DNA of 64,000 nucleotides, taken from assembly GCA_039028615.1 (NCBI GenBank), contig JBCCHT010000029.1:32001-96000 (forward strand), written 5' to 3'. This DNA comes from Myxococcota bacterium. Its GTDB lineage: Bacteria > Myxococcota_A > Polyangia > Nannocystales > Nannocystaceae. The notes under the pieces are model-generated. The model saw only the letters and a list, made by a program, of their open reading frames with translations. It was not told the DNA's origin and ran no database searches. The position numbers and the translations under genes are program-made. The first letter of the stretch is position 1. Every line of letters begins with the position of its first letter. Positions 8,251 through 17,001 of the stretch are shown one piece after another.

Positions 8251-8823
8251 CTACGCCTCGCTCACGCGGCGCAGGGTATTGGCATCGACGTGGTGAAAGG
8301 GCTCGTCCTTGTTCGGCAGCTTCATCACCGTGTCGGACTCGTAGTGGAACGAGCCGTCGTCCTCGATCCGAACCCCGAAGCGGTACTCGATGGTCTGGAA
8401 CTGCTCGTCGAGGAAGGGGTTGGCGCAGATGCCGTAGACGAGCGAGCCACGGGTCGCCTTCAGCTCGAAGCTCCGCGCGTCGGGCTCGACGGTACCGCCC
8501 GCGATCACGGTGATGCCCCGGGGCACCACGAAGCAGCGGGTGACCTGGCGGTTCTTGGCGTCCCACATCCAGTAGCCGAGTTCTTCGTGGAAGGGCGCGT
8601 CGGCGCCCAGGCGCCAGGCGGTGGTCGAGTAGCGCAGGCCGTAGAGCACCTGCTCGTGGTTGTCGACGCGACCGGTGGGCACGAGGGTCAAGCGCTCGCG
8701 ATAGTCGCTATTGGCGATGCTGCGATCGGGAACGGCCGGGGCCGCATCGGCGCCCTTGTCTCCCTCCCACACTCCGACCAGCGGAGCCAGAGGACCCAGG
8801 TTGGCGATGTCGTCGATGCTCAT
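8251..8823 (-). CDS. Nitrobindin/THAP4-like haem-binding beta-barrel (DUF1794-like)
   Basis: LGPLAPLVGVWEGDKG...YRERL...LYGLRY...FHEELGYW.WD...PRG...FHHVD.NTL. Start placed at ATG 8823. Confidence 0.8.
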   Translation of the reverse strand: MSIDDIANLGPLAPLVGVWEGDKGADAAPAVPDRSIANSDYRERLTLVPTGRVDNHEQVLYGLRYSTTAWRLGADAPFHEELGYWMWDAKNRQVTRCFVVPRGITVIAGGTVEPDARSFELKATRGSLVYGICANPFLDEQFQTIEYRFGVRIEDDGSFHYESDTVMKLPNKDEPFHHVDANTLRRVSEA

Positions 8824-8843
8824 CGTCGGCAGTGTAGACGCCT

Positions 8844-9407
8844 TCAGCCTGGTTCGCGCTGCAGCCCCAGCAACATCCACGTATTGTCACCGTGGTTGTC
8901 GATGTGGAACTGGATCTCGGCGCCTTGGGGGACCTCGGCGGGCAGCTCGATGAACTCGGTGATGAGCCCCGCGCCCTGCGGGATGGGCACCCGATGCTCC
9001 CAGACCGGCTCCCCGTCGATGGCGAGCGCCAAAAAGCCCTCGGCGGGTGCCTCCGCCACCAGCGGGAAGTGCCACAGGTCGAAGCGAATGACCTCGTCGA
9101 GGCGGATGTCGGCCAGCGCAGGCTGGGCGACGGTGATCCCGTCGCACAGCGTGGTGTCGACCTTGAAGGTCGTCGTGCCGGCCAGGGGCTCGACGTAATA
9201 GCCCTCCCCTGCTTCGCACACGCCCCCGGGGACGCGGCGCTCGGGCCATGCGTCGTCCGCCGCGGGGACCGGCGTCCACTGGCTCAGATCGACGAGGCCC
9301 GCGACGTCTCGCGGGGGCAAGGGCGCCGGCTCGGGGTCATCGCAGGACACGAGCCCGATCGCGGCGACGATGAGCCACCCCGCCTGCTGCTCGTTTCGCC
9401 CCGGCAC
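8844..9407 (-). CDS. Hypothetical lipoprotein
   Basis: Lipobox LVSC, beta-rich body and a C-terminal FHIDNHG.NTW motif. Co-oriented within the 11306-6615 gene run. Confidence 0.65.
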   Translation of the reverse strand: MPGRNEQQAGWLIVAAIGLVSCDDPEPAPLPPRDVAGLVDLSQWTPVPAADDAWPERRVPGGVCEAGEGYYVEPLAGTTTFKVDTTLCDGITVAQPALADIRLDEVIRFDLWHFPLVAEAPAEGFLALAIDGEPVWEHRVPIPQGAGLITEFIELPAEVPQGAEIQFHIDNHGDNTWMLLGLQREPG

Positions 9408-9476
9408 CGCCGCCAGTAGAGCACGACCCCGGGCCGATTCCAGCCCGGGGGCGTCGGCGCCCCGAGGCGCTCGGGG

Positions 9477-11306
9477 TCACAGCGACTCGAGGTAGGCGAT
9501 CAACTCGTCGATCTCGTCCTCGGGCGGCGTGGGCTGGTCTGCCCGGGTGCGCGATAGCATGTCCAGCACCGCGCCGCGCAGGTCCTCGGCGCGACCGTCG
9601 TGCATGTACGGCGGGTGCATCGCCACGCCCCGCAGCGGGGGGACCTGCAGCGAGAATTCGTGCCCGAGCCACACGTTGTCGGGGCCGCCGTCGAGCGCCT
9701 CGCCAAAGTGACAGTTATTGCATCCCCACGCGGCGAACGAGGCCGCGCCACGCAATGCCGCCGGGTCGACGAGCGAACGCTGGGGCCGAGGCGTCTGAAT
9801 GGAGAACATCCAGGCCTCGAGTGCGTCCACCCGCTCGAGCGACTGGTGGCGGCCGCCCATGCGCCCGGCGTGGATCTGGTCCATCAGCTCGACCGCGTCG
9901 CTGAGGCTGCCGTCCCAGTGGAAGGGCTCGGTGTCGCGGAGCCCCACGTCGAGCGAGGGCGTGTGGCGAACCCCCATTTCGTCGAAGACCCACAGGTGCC
10001 CGTCGTCGCCGCCCTCGGGGTGACAGCTCGCGCACGAGATGCCGCCGCCCGCGTCGCGATGGAACAGGTCGTGTCCGGTGTCCGCACGGCTATTGCCCGC
10101 GAGCGGAATGGCCAGCGTGGGAACCTCGGGGCGCCAGGGATCGATGCGCACCAACCCGGCCGGCTCCCGGCTCTGGGCCACGATTCGGCCCTGGGGGTCG
10201 AAGGTCACGGCCACATACTGGCCCGGCCCGACCGGCAGCGGCTCGGGCACGTCACACCTCGGGCGCTGAGCCGACGTGAACGACTGCGGGTCGACCCACA
10301 CCACGCCGCTGACCGGCGTGCGGTCGTCGTTGCGACCGGCCACCGCCACCGCGATCGAGTAGTCCCCCGGCGAGACGGCGACGTCCACCGCGAGGACCGT
10401 CTTGCCCAGCAGCGGCGAGGTGCGAAGGTCCAGCGCGCCCGAGCCCCGCGTGAGCACCGGGTTGACCACGGGCGCACAGGGATCGGGACCGCCTCCGTAG
10501 CCCCCGTCGCGACCGCCGTCGGGCACATTCGCGTGCAGGTCCACCGCTTGGTCGGTCGAGGCCTGATGGAGCATCAGCCAGTCTCCGTCGGGGGTCCCCA
10601 CCGTGCGCCACGCCGTGTTCGGGCGCAGGTGGCCGGGCGAGCCGTTGTGCGGTCGCAGGTCGGACGGCGCGTGCTCGTCGAGCAGGGTACCGTCGTGGTC
10701 GACGTGCAGCACGTGGGCCGAGCGGAAGCGAGTGACGGTGAGCCCCTCGTCGGTGACGACCACGTCCCGCAGGTCCGGCATCAACCGCACGCGCCGGGTC
10801 GATGCGTCGCCCTCCACGGACAGGCTCACCAGGTCTCCGCCCGCGCACGCCACATGCAGACGATCGGCGTCCTCGTCGTACGCGATGCCCCGCGGGTTGC
10901 TGCAGACCTCGCGCTCCCGCACGACGCGGCCCGCCAGCGGATCGATCTCGACGACCGTGCCCCCGCGGCGCGTGACCACGTGGGCTCGCCCCGCGGCATC
11001 GGCCACCACGCGGCCGGGCTCGTCTCCGGGGCTCAGCTCGATGATGTGAGTGCGACGGCCCTCGAGTAGATCCGCCACATACACCAGGTCTCGATCCGGG
11101 TCGGCGGCCACCGCCGTGTCGCCTCGGTTCATGACGGCCAAGGTGCCCCCGCTGATCGGCGGTGGCGGATCCAGCCGTCGCACTACGGGGCGATCGTCGA
11201 CCCCTCGGTTCGCGTCGTTCGGTGGCGGGTCGATCACCGAAAAGTCTCCCTGGCACCCGATAACGGTCGCCAGCAGGGAAATCCACCGCCAATGGTCAGT
11301 TTGCAT
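9477..11306 (-). CDS. Lipoprotein with YVTN/YncE-like beta-propeller fused to a di-haem cytochrome c peroxidase/MauG-like domain
   Basis: Lipobox VIGC after ATG 11306 and propeller repeats (AVAADPDRD.V, PRGIAYD). Haem motifs CASCH and CNNCH, plus RHTPSL...PFHWDG and VPPLRG...PPYMHDG. Confidence 0.8.
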   Translation of the reverse strand: MQTDHWRWISLLATVIGCQGDFSVIDPPPNDANRGVDDRPVVRRLDPPPPISGGTLAVMNRGDTAVAADPDRDLVYVADLLEGRRTHIIELSPGDEPGRVVADAAGRAHVVTRRGGTVVEIDPLAGRVVREREVCSNPRGIAYDEDADRLHVACAGGDLVSLSVEGDASTRRVRLMPDLRDVVVTDEGLTVTRFRSAHVLHVDHDGTLLDEHAPSDLRPHNGSPGHLRPNTAWRTVGTPDGDWLMLHQASTDQAVDLHANVPDGGRDGGYGGGPDPCAPVVNPVLTRGSGALDLRTSPLLGKTVLAVDVAVSPGDYSIAVAVAGRNDDRTPVSGVVWVDPQSFTSAQRPRCDVPEPLPVGPGQYVAVTFDPQGRIVAQSREPAGLVRIDPWRPEVPTLAIPLAGNSRADTGHDLFHRDAGGGISCASCHPEGGDDGHLWVFDEMGVRHTPSLDVGLRDTEPFHWDGSLSDAVELMDQIHAGRMGGRHQSLERVDALEAWMFSIQTPRPQRSLVDPAALRGAASFAAWGCNNCHFGEALDGGPDNVWLGHEFSLQVPPLRGVAMHPPYMHDGRAEDLRGAVLDMLSRTRADQPTPPEDEIDELIAYLESL

Positions 11307-11468
11307 AGGCCCTACTCCATGTCCCACCGGGCGCGGTCTCGCCCCGGATTCAGCGGTCTCACCCCCCAACTGTGGCAAGGTTTCCCGCACCGATTCGTTC
11401 GCCCCATCGTCGTCCCGTGCGGTGACCTGACGGGCCGGCGGCAGGCGGCGTATCCTGGGGTCCACCTG

Positions 11469-12671
11469 GTGTCCCGGTCTCGCTACGTTCCGTCGCCCCT
11501 CGTCGCTGCGCTGGCCCTGTGCCTGGCGCCCTTCGGTTGTCGCTTCAAGAGCGTGAGCCCGGTGTCCGCGTCGATCGAGGCCACCGCCGTGCACTCGGAT
11601 GCGATCGATCTCTCGGAGTCACTGTGTCTGCTGGGCACCGCGTTGGCCTCGGACGCCCCCGCGTGCGACGACCAGAGCGCGCGGGTCGAAGCGCTGCAGC
11701 TGGCGGTGGGGCAGCTGTCGAGCTACGGCGGGCGGCTGTCCAAGCTCTCGGGGATCCGCCCCGTCAACCTCGGGCCCGCGCCGGGGGCCGTGATCGGGCT
11801 GGGCGAAGCCGTGTCGGGCAGCAAGCTCGACGGCATCGAGCGCCGAGGCATCCAGGCCGCTTCCAAGATCCTCGCCAACGTCATCACCACCGCGGTCAAG
11901 CGCAAGGCGTTGCGGACCGCGGTCCACGATACCGATCGCTCGGTTCAGTGCCTGGCGTGGCGGGGCTACGAAGCCACCGAGGTCTGGCGTCGCGAGGTGG
12001 CCCGCATCGCCGAGTCGGGGACCAAGGCCGAAGCCCTCGACATCGCGCTCGGGGCTCCCCCGCGCCCCGCCGAGCCTCCGCCCCCGCCTCCCGCGGCCGT
12101 CGAGCCTTCGCCGACGCCTCCGTCCAAACATCCGCTCGCCGAGCGTGTGGCCGAGGTCGAACAAAAACAGGCCGAGCTCGAAGGCGCCCTCCACGAGGCT
12201 GAACAAACGCGGGCCCGAGCCGCGCGCAAGCAAGCCAAGACCGATCGCCGCGCGCTCGAGAGCCAGCGCCTGGCCCTACGCTCGGCCCAGGTCATCGCCG
12301 CCGAGCACGATCGGCGCCTTGCCGCGCTGCAGCGTGGCCTGTGGTCGGTCGCCGTCTCGCACAACCACCTCGCCTGCAACCGCGATCGACTCGGCACCAC
12401 CAAGGATCGCGCGCTCCAGGCAGAGCTCGGTCAGCTCGTGGCCTGCGTGCTCGAGCGAGACTCGATGGACAGCGATCGCTCGTCCGGCTGCCGCTCCGTG
12501 CTCGCGCGCGCCGAGTGGCTGCGCGCCCACGCCTGCGAGCAGCTGCACCAGCTCGACGACGCGCAGCAGCCCGTGCTCGACGACGACGGCAATCCCGTGC
12601 CGGCCGCCCCCCGATGCTCCCCTCCCCCGCCTCCTCCATCCACCCCTGAGCAGCCCCCGACAACACCATGA
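11469..12671 (+). CDS. Hypothetical helical lipoprotein
   Basis: GTG 11469 gives a signal peptide ending APFGC, followed by a coiled-coil-like body with Pro-rich linkers. Stop overlaps the next ATG (ATGA). Confidence 0.65.
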   Translation: MSRSRYVPSPLVAALALCLAPFGCRFKSVSPVSASIEATAVHSDAIDLSESLCLLGTALASDAPACDDQSARVEALQLAVGQLSSYGGRLSKLSGIRPVNLGPAPGAVIGLGEAVSGSKLDGIERRGIQAASKILANVITTAVKRKALRTAVHDTDRSVQCLAWRGYEATEVWRREVARIAESGTKAEALDIALGAPPRPAEPPPPPPAAVEPSPTPPSKHPLAERVAEVEQKQAELEGALHEAEQTRARAARKQAKTDRRALESQRLALRSAQVIAAEHDRRLAALQRGLWSVAVSHNHLACNRDRLGTTKDRALQAELGQLVACVLERDSMDSDRSSGCRSVLARAEWLRAHACEQLHQLDDAQQPVLDDDGNPVPAAPRCSPPPPPPSTPEQPPTTP

Positions 12672-13108
12672 GCAGCCTGCAACTCGCCCAGAAGCTCGCC
12701 GAGAGCGTCGAGATCCTCGACGCCGTGGCCAACCGTACCCGCCGTCGGGCCGTCGAGTCCCTCCGCGACGGCACCATGGACTTCGCCGACTACGAGCAGG
12801 TCGACGACTTGTGCGACCAAGTCAACGCCGCCGCTCGTCGCCTCGACGCCAAGGTCCTCGGTCTCGCCCTCGACGGCCTCGAGCAGCCGATGGAGCAGCT
12901 CGAGCGCGCCACCGCTCAGCTCGACAAAGCCCGCAGCCGCATCGACAAGGTCCAAAATGTCGTGCAGATCGCGGGCCGCCTCGTCGTAGCCGGTCTCGCC
13001 GTCGCCGCGATGGCCCTCGACCCCTCGCGCCTGTCGGCGATCGCCGCCGCCAAGGCCGTCGCCGACGTCGCCTTGACCATCGAAAGGGTCGCCAACGCCG
13101 GCGATTGA
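12668..13108 (+). CDS. Hypothetical small alpha-helical protein
   Basis: 146-aa ORF with strong GC3 bias, translationally coupled to the upstream lipoprotein, with a hydrophobic C-terminal helix. Confidence 0.7.
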   Translation: MSSLQLAQKLAESVEILDAVANRTRRRAVESLRDGTMDFADYEQVDDLCDQVNAAARRLDAKVLGLALDGLEQPMEQLERATAQLDKARSRIDKVQNVVQIAGRLVVAGLAVAAMALDPSRLSAIAAAKAVADVALTIERVANAGD

Positions 13109-13134
13109 CAAGGGGCCCCGCCCTCTCGCACTAT
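13105..13134 (+). promoter_or_regulatory. Putative sigma70 promoter for tRNA-Arg
   Basis: Perfect TTGACA at 13105-13110, an 18-nt spacer and CACTAT at 13129-13134, just upstream of the tRNA. Confidence 0.5.
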
Positions 13135-13145
13135 CCCGGCCGCCC

Positions 13146-13219
13146 GCTCGCGTAGCTCAGTTGGATAGAGCGACGGATTCCTAATCCGTAGGCCGCAGGT
13201 TCGATTCCTGCCGCGGGCA
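13146..13219 (+). tRNA. tRNA-Arg (anticodon CCT)
   Basis: Acceptor stem GCTCGCG/CGCGGGC, D arm GCTC-AGTTGGATA-GAGC, anticodon arm ACGGA-TTCCTAA-TCCGT and T arm GCAGG-TTCGATT-CCTGC. CCA is not encoded. Confidence 0.97.
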
Positions 13220-13226
13220 CCCCTTG

Positions 13227-13255
13227 GGCCCCGACTGTCGCAGTCGGGGCCTTTT
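13227..13255 (+). terminator. Rho-independent terminator after tRNA-Arg
   Basis: GGCCCCGACTG-TCG-CAGTCGGGGCC perfect 11-bp stem followed by TTTT. Confidence 0.8.
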
Positions 13256-13272
13256 GCCGTCCTGCGGCCCGC

Positions 13273-14193
13273 CTACGACTTCTTCAGCAGCTTGCGGAAC
13301 CACTTTTTCTTCTCTTTGTCGTTCACGGTCAGCGCGGCCTTGCCGTTGGAGGTCACGGCGAACGAGGGGCACTTCTTGCGCGGTTTGATGGTCGTCTCGG
13401 AGACCAGGTTCCCCGTGCGTCGGTCGTAGACCCGCATGTGGCTGTCGTAGAGGGTGAACTCGATGGCGCCGTTGGTGTAGCCGGAGCACCTCTTGGTCTG
13501 GTCGGTCTCGACTTGCTCCTCCATGGCGACCAGGTCGATGTCCTGCACGACCTTCTTGTCGTTGCCGTAAATCTCCTCGATCATCGAGACACGGCCGAGG
13601 TCGAGCAAGGTGTCGCGCTGGCCGGCGCCGTCGGGCTCGCCCTTGAACTCCACCGCCCCTTTGTCGACGTCTTTGAAGGAGCCGCTGACGGCGTAGCGCA
13701 CCGAGATGGGGGGCACGGTGAGCACGGCGGGCTCGTAGCCCTTCACGGCGACCTCGAAGGTCAGGCCGGTATCGATCTGGGTCCGCGCCATCACGTCTTT
13801 GAGGGTGACGCTGCCCAGCGCGAAGTCGGTGTCGTACTCGAGCTGGGCAAAGGGCGACTCGTCGTTGCTGGTGGTCTTGCCGCCGCCACGGATCTCGACG
13901 CCGTCCACCAGATCGCTGGCGTAGATCTTGACGCGCGCGGTGCCGAAGCTCCCGTTCAGGTTCACCTCGAAGTGACCCAGGACCTTGCCGTTGGCGCCCT
14001 TCAGCTTGGCTTTGTGGCCGAGCCCCTTCTCCTCCCAGGTGCTGGTGGGGGCCGGCTTGGGCGCAGCCGGCTCGTAGCTGCTGCTCTTGCGAGGCGGTGC
14101 ATCGCTGTTTTCGGGCGGCGGATCGCAGGCGGCGAGCGCGAGCGCGGATCCGAGGGACAGGAGGGCGAATAGACGGAGCGGCGGGCGACGCAT
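13273..14193 (-). CDS. Hypothetical lipoprotein
   Basis: Lipobox LALAAC; 306 aa with typical codon bias. Confidence 0.75.
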   Translation of the reverse strand: MRRPPLRLFALLSLGSALALAACDPPPENSDAPPRKSSSYEPAAPKPAPTSTWEEKGLGHKAKLKGANGKVLGHFEVNLNGSFGTARVKIYASDLVDGVEIRGGGKTTSNDESPFAQLEYDTDFALGSVTLKDVMARTQIDTGLTFEVAVKGYEPAVLTVPPISVRYAVSGSFKDVDKGAVEFKGEPDGAGQRDTLLDLGRVSMIEEIYGNDKKVVQDIDLVAMEEQVETDQTKRCSGYTNGAIEFTLYDSHMRVYDRRTGNLVSETTIKPRKKCPSFAVTSNGKAALTVNDKEKKKWFRKLLKKS

Positions 14194-14292
14194 CTGAATT
14201 CCACGGGGCTAGAGTCGGGACCCCCCGGATCGGATCACGACGATCGAACGGCGAGGAGTCACGCGGTCGCGAGCGGGCTATCCTCGGGGGAC

Positions 14293-14730
14293 ATGCCGAG
14301 CTTCGCCGACGCCTGCGCCCACGAAATCGAGTCCCTGCACGACTTCTTCGAGCATTGGTTCCGCGGGGCGTTCGCCGACCGGGCCCGCGCGTTCGAGCGC
14401 TTTGCCGACGTGCTCGCCCCGGGCTTCGTCATCGTCTCTCCGCGCGGGGTCGCGACGCCGCGTGCGGCCTTGCTCGAAGGCCTGTCGTCGGCCTTCGCGG
14501 CGTGGGCCAACGACGATCCCAAGGGCACGGTGGCAGTCGAGTCGATCACCCCTCGCCACATCCATGGCGACGTCGCTTTGCTGACGTACATCGAACGACA
14601 GCGACGACCTTCGGGCACCACCGCTCGCCTCAGCACCGTGTTGATGCAGCGCCACGAGGGCACGCCGAACGGCGTGTGCTGGCTGCACGTGCACGAGACG
14701 TGGATGCCCGGCGAGGCCCCACCGGCATGA
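14293..14730 (+). CDS. NTF2/SnoaL-like (DUF4440-type) protein
   Basis: EIESLHDFFEHWFRG...LAPGF.IVSP.G...LLTY.E.Q...R.STV...W.HVHETW. Confidence 0.75.
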   Translation: MPSFADACAHEIESLHDFFEHWFRGAFADRARAFERFADVLAPGFVIVSPRGVATPRAALLEGLSSAFAAWANDDPKGTVAVESITPRHIHGDVALLTYIERQRRPSGTTARLSTVLMQRHEGTPNGVCWLHVHETWMPGEAPPA

Positions 14731-14819
14731 TGAATCAGCGCGATAACGCGCCATTAAGATAATTAGTTTTACTATTTTTGAAACCTATCATAGAACTAAT
14801 CTTGGCCTGAGGATTAGAA

Positions 14820-16937
14820 ATGCGACGTATATGGACGGCAGCGTGCGCTCTTGCTCTAAGTGTTTCCTGTAGCGACGACGGTGGACTCAACCTTGCCCCC
14901 GCGGGCGATACGACCAGCGGCACCACGCCCCCCGCGCCTCTGTGCCAAGGCGGAGGACCGCTGGAGTTTGGCGATGCACCGTGGGTCAAGGCCCCGCTCG
15001 AGCCCCCCGGGGACATGGGCGACGGCTCGGACGACGGCGACGACGACGACGGAGGGGACGAAACCGGATCGCCCGGCGGTGGCTTCATCGACAACCCCGA
15101 CGGCGGCGGCACGAGCTTCGAATGCGACCTGTTCGCGCAGGACTGCCCCGAGGGCGAAAAGTGCATGCCGTGGTCGAACGACGGCGGCAAGGAGTGGAAC
15201 GCGACCCGCTGCTCGCCCGTGTCCGACATGCCGGGCAGCGCGGGCGATACCTGCATGGCCGAGGGCAACGGCTTCAGCGGCATCGACGACTGCGACCTGG
15301 GCAAGATGTGCTGGGACGTCGATCGAGCCAACGCGGGCAGCTGCGTCACGATGTGCACGGGGGACGAGGCCAACCCCGAGTGCCCGGGCAACCAGTGGTG
15401 CTACATCGGCTTCGACGGATCGGTGAGCGTATGCATGCCGCCGCAGCTGTGTGCCGAGGACGGCGCCTGCCAGTGCATGTGCCCGGAGGGCCAAGACCCC
15501 GACTGCAGCCCCGACCAGTGCATGGCGTCCACGCCGGACGAGAGGCCCGACGAGCTGGTCTCCGAGCCGCCCGTGCACGCCGACGGCGAGGCCCCGATGT
15601 GCCCCGAGACCACCGATCCGGTGGTGCTTTACATGAGCAACGACGATAGCGGATCGCAGGCGTCGCCGATCATCGCGCGACGGACCATCTCCGAGGGGTA
15701 CGTCATCGCGGCCAACCGCATTCGGATCCACGAGTTTCTCAACTACTTCGACCTCAACGCCGAGCCCCAGACCGAATCGCCGGCCGACCTGGGCATCGAG
15801 ATGCGCCGCACCGACGCGGATCTGGGCGAGTTCACGCTGGTCCTACGGGCCCAGGGCAAGGCGCTGGAGCCCGACGATCGCCCGCCGATGAACGTGGTGT
15901 TCTCGCTCGACACCTCGGGCTCCATGCAGGGCGAACCGATGGAGCTGCTCCAGGACAGCATGACGGCCACGGTCAGCCAGCTGCGCTCGGGCGACATCGT
16001 GTCGGTGGTGACCTGGAACGACCAGCAGTCGGTGGAGCTCGAGGGCTACGAGGTCACCGGACCCGACGATCCCGAGCTGGTCTCGGTGATCACGGGGCTG
16101 ATGGCGGGCGGATCGACCAACCTGCACGCGGGCCTGGTCACCGCCTATTCGCTGGCGAACACCTACCACATCGACGATGGGATCAACCGCGTGGTGCTCA
16201 TCAGCGACGGCGGGGCCAATGCTGGCGTCACCGACCTCGACCTCATCTCGAGCGAGGCGGCCGACGGTGACGGCGAGGGCACGTACATGGTCGGCGTGGG
16301 CGTCGGCACCTCGCAGGGCTACCGCGACGACCTGATGGACCGCATCACCGACGCGGGCAAGGGCTCGTACGTCTACATCGACCGCCCCGACGAGGCGTTC
16401 AAGCAGCTGGGCGACCGCTTCTTGGCCAACATGGCCGTCTCGGCCCGAAACGTGCGCATGCGGCTGACCCTGCCCTGGTACTTCGGCCTCAAGCGCTTCC
16501 ACGGCGAGGAGATCAGCACCAACCCCGAGGAGGTCGAGCCCCAGCACCTGGCGCCGAACGACACGATGACCTTCCACCAGATCATCTCGGCCTGCGATCC
16601 GTCGCTCATCACCACCTGCGACGTGGTCACCGCCCACGTCGACTACGTGGACCCGCTGACCGGCGAGGAGCAGACCAACGAGGTCAGCGCATCGATCGAA
16701 AACCTCGTGCAGCAGGACGTGCCGCGCCTGTACAAGGCCGACGTGGTGGTCGGCTACGCCAAGGCGCTGGTGGTGATCAGCACGCTGGTGAACCTGGGCC
16801 AGAACGAGGCCGCGGTGCAGGTCGCCGCCGACATGCAGCAGTGGGCCGACCAGGCCGCCAACGAGCTCGAGGACGTCGAGCTGCAGGAAATCGCCGACAT
16901 CATGGGCGAGTACACCGGGCTGCTCAGCTCGCTGTAG
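14820..16937 (+). CDS. VWA (YfbK-like) domain lipoprotein with Cys-rich myxobacterial N-terminal module
   Basis: Lipobox LSVSC and the Cys-rich module CDLFAQDCPEGEKCMPW...WNATRC. VWA motifs IRIHEFLNYF, MIDAS LDTSGSM, GGSTNL.AGL and RVVLISDGGAN.G. Confidence 0.85.
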   Translation: MRRIWTAACALALSVSCSDDGGLNLAPAGDTTSGTTPPAPLCQGGGPLEFGDAPWVKAPLEPPGDMGDGSDDGDDDDGGDETGSPGGGFIDNPDGGGTSFECDLFAQDCPEGEKCMPWSNDGGKEWNATRCSPVSDMPGSAGDTCMAEGNGFSGIDDCDLGKMCWDVDRANAGSCVTMCTGDEANPECPGNQWCYIGFDGSVSVCMPPQLCAEDGACQCMCPEGQDPDCSPDQCMASTPDERPDELVSEPPVHADGEAPMCPETTDPVVLYMSNDDSGSQASPIIARRTISEGYVIAANRIRIHEFLNYFDLNAEPQTESPADLGIEMRRTDADLGEFTLVLRAQGKALEPDDRPPMNVVFSLDTSGSMQGEPMELLQDSMTATVSQLRSGDIVSVVTWNDQQSVELEGYEVTGPDDPELVSVITGLMAGGSTNLHAGLVTAYSLANTYHIDDGINRVVLISDGGANAGVTDLDLISSEAADGDGEGTYMVGVGVGTSQGYRDDLMDRITDAGKGSYVYIDRPDEAFKQLGDRFLANMAVSARNVRMRLTLPWYFGLKRFHGEEISTNPEEVEPQHLAPNDTMTFHQIISACDPSLITTCDVVTAHVDYVDPLTGEEQTNEVSASIENLVQQDVPRLYKADVVVGYAKALVVISTLVNLGQNEAAVQVAADMQQWADQAANELEDVELQEIADIMGEYTGLLSSL

Positions 16938-16952
16938 CGCCGCTTCGACGGG

Positions 16953-16998
16953 CAAAAAGGCGGGCGGCGACCTCCTCGGAGGCGCCGCCCGCTTTGTT
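16953..16998. terminator. Bidirectional terminator between convergent VWA and DUF4139 genes
   Basis: AAAAAGGCGGGCGGCG-ACCTCCTCGGAGG-CGCCGCCCGCTTTGTT: a GC stem flanked by A and T tracts. Confidence 0.7.
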
Positions 16999-17001
16999 GG
17001 T

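Noticed and set aside
13146..13219. tRNA-Arg as an integration site bounding a genomic island
   Set aside because: No integrase and no duplicated tRNA 3' end were seen in the window; the same holds for tRNA-Pro and tRNA-Val.
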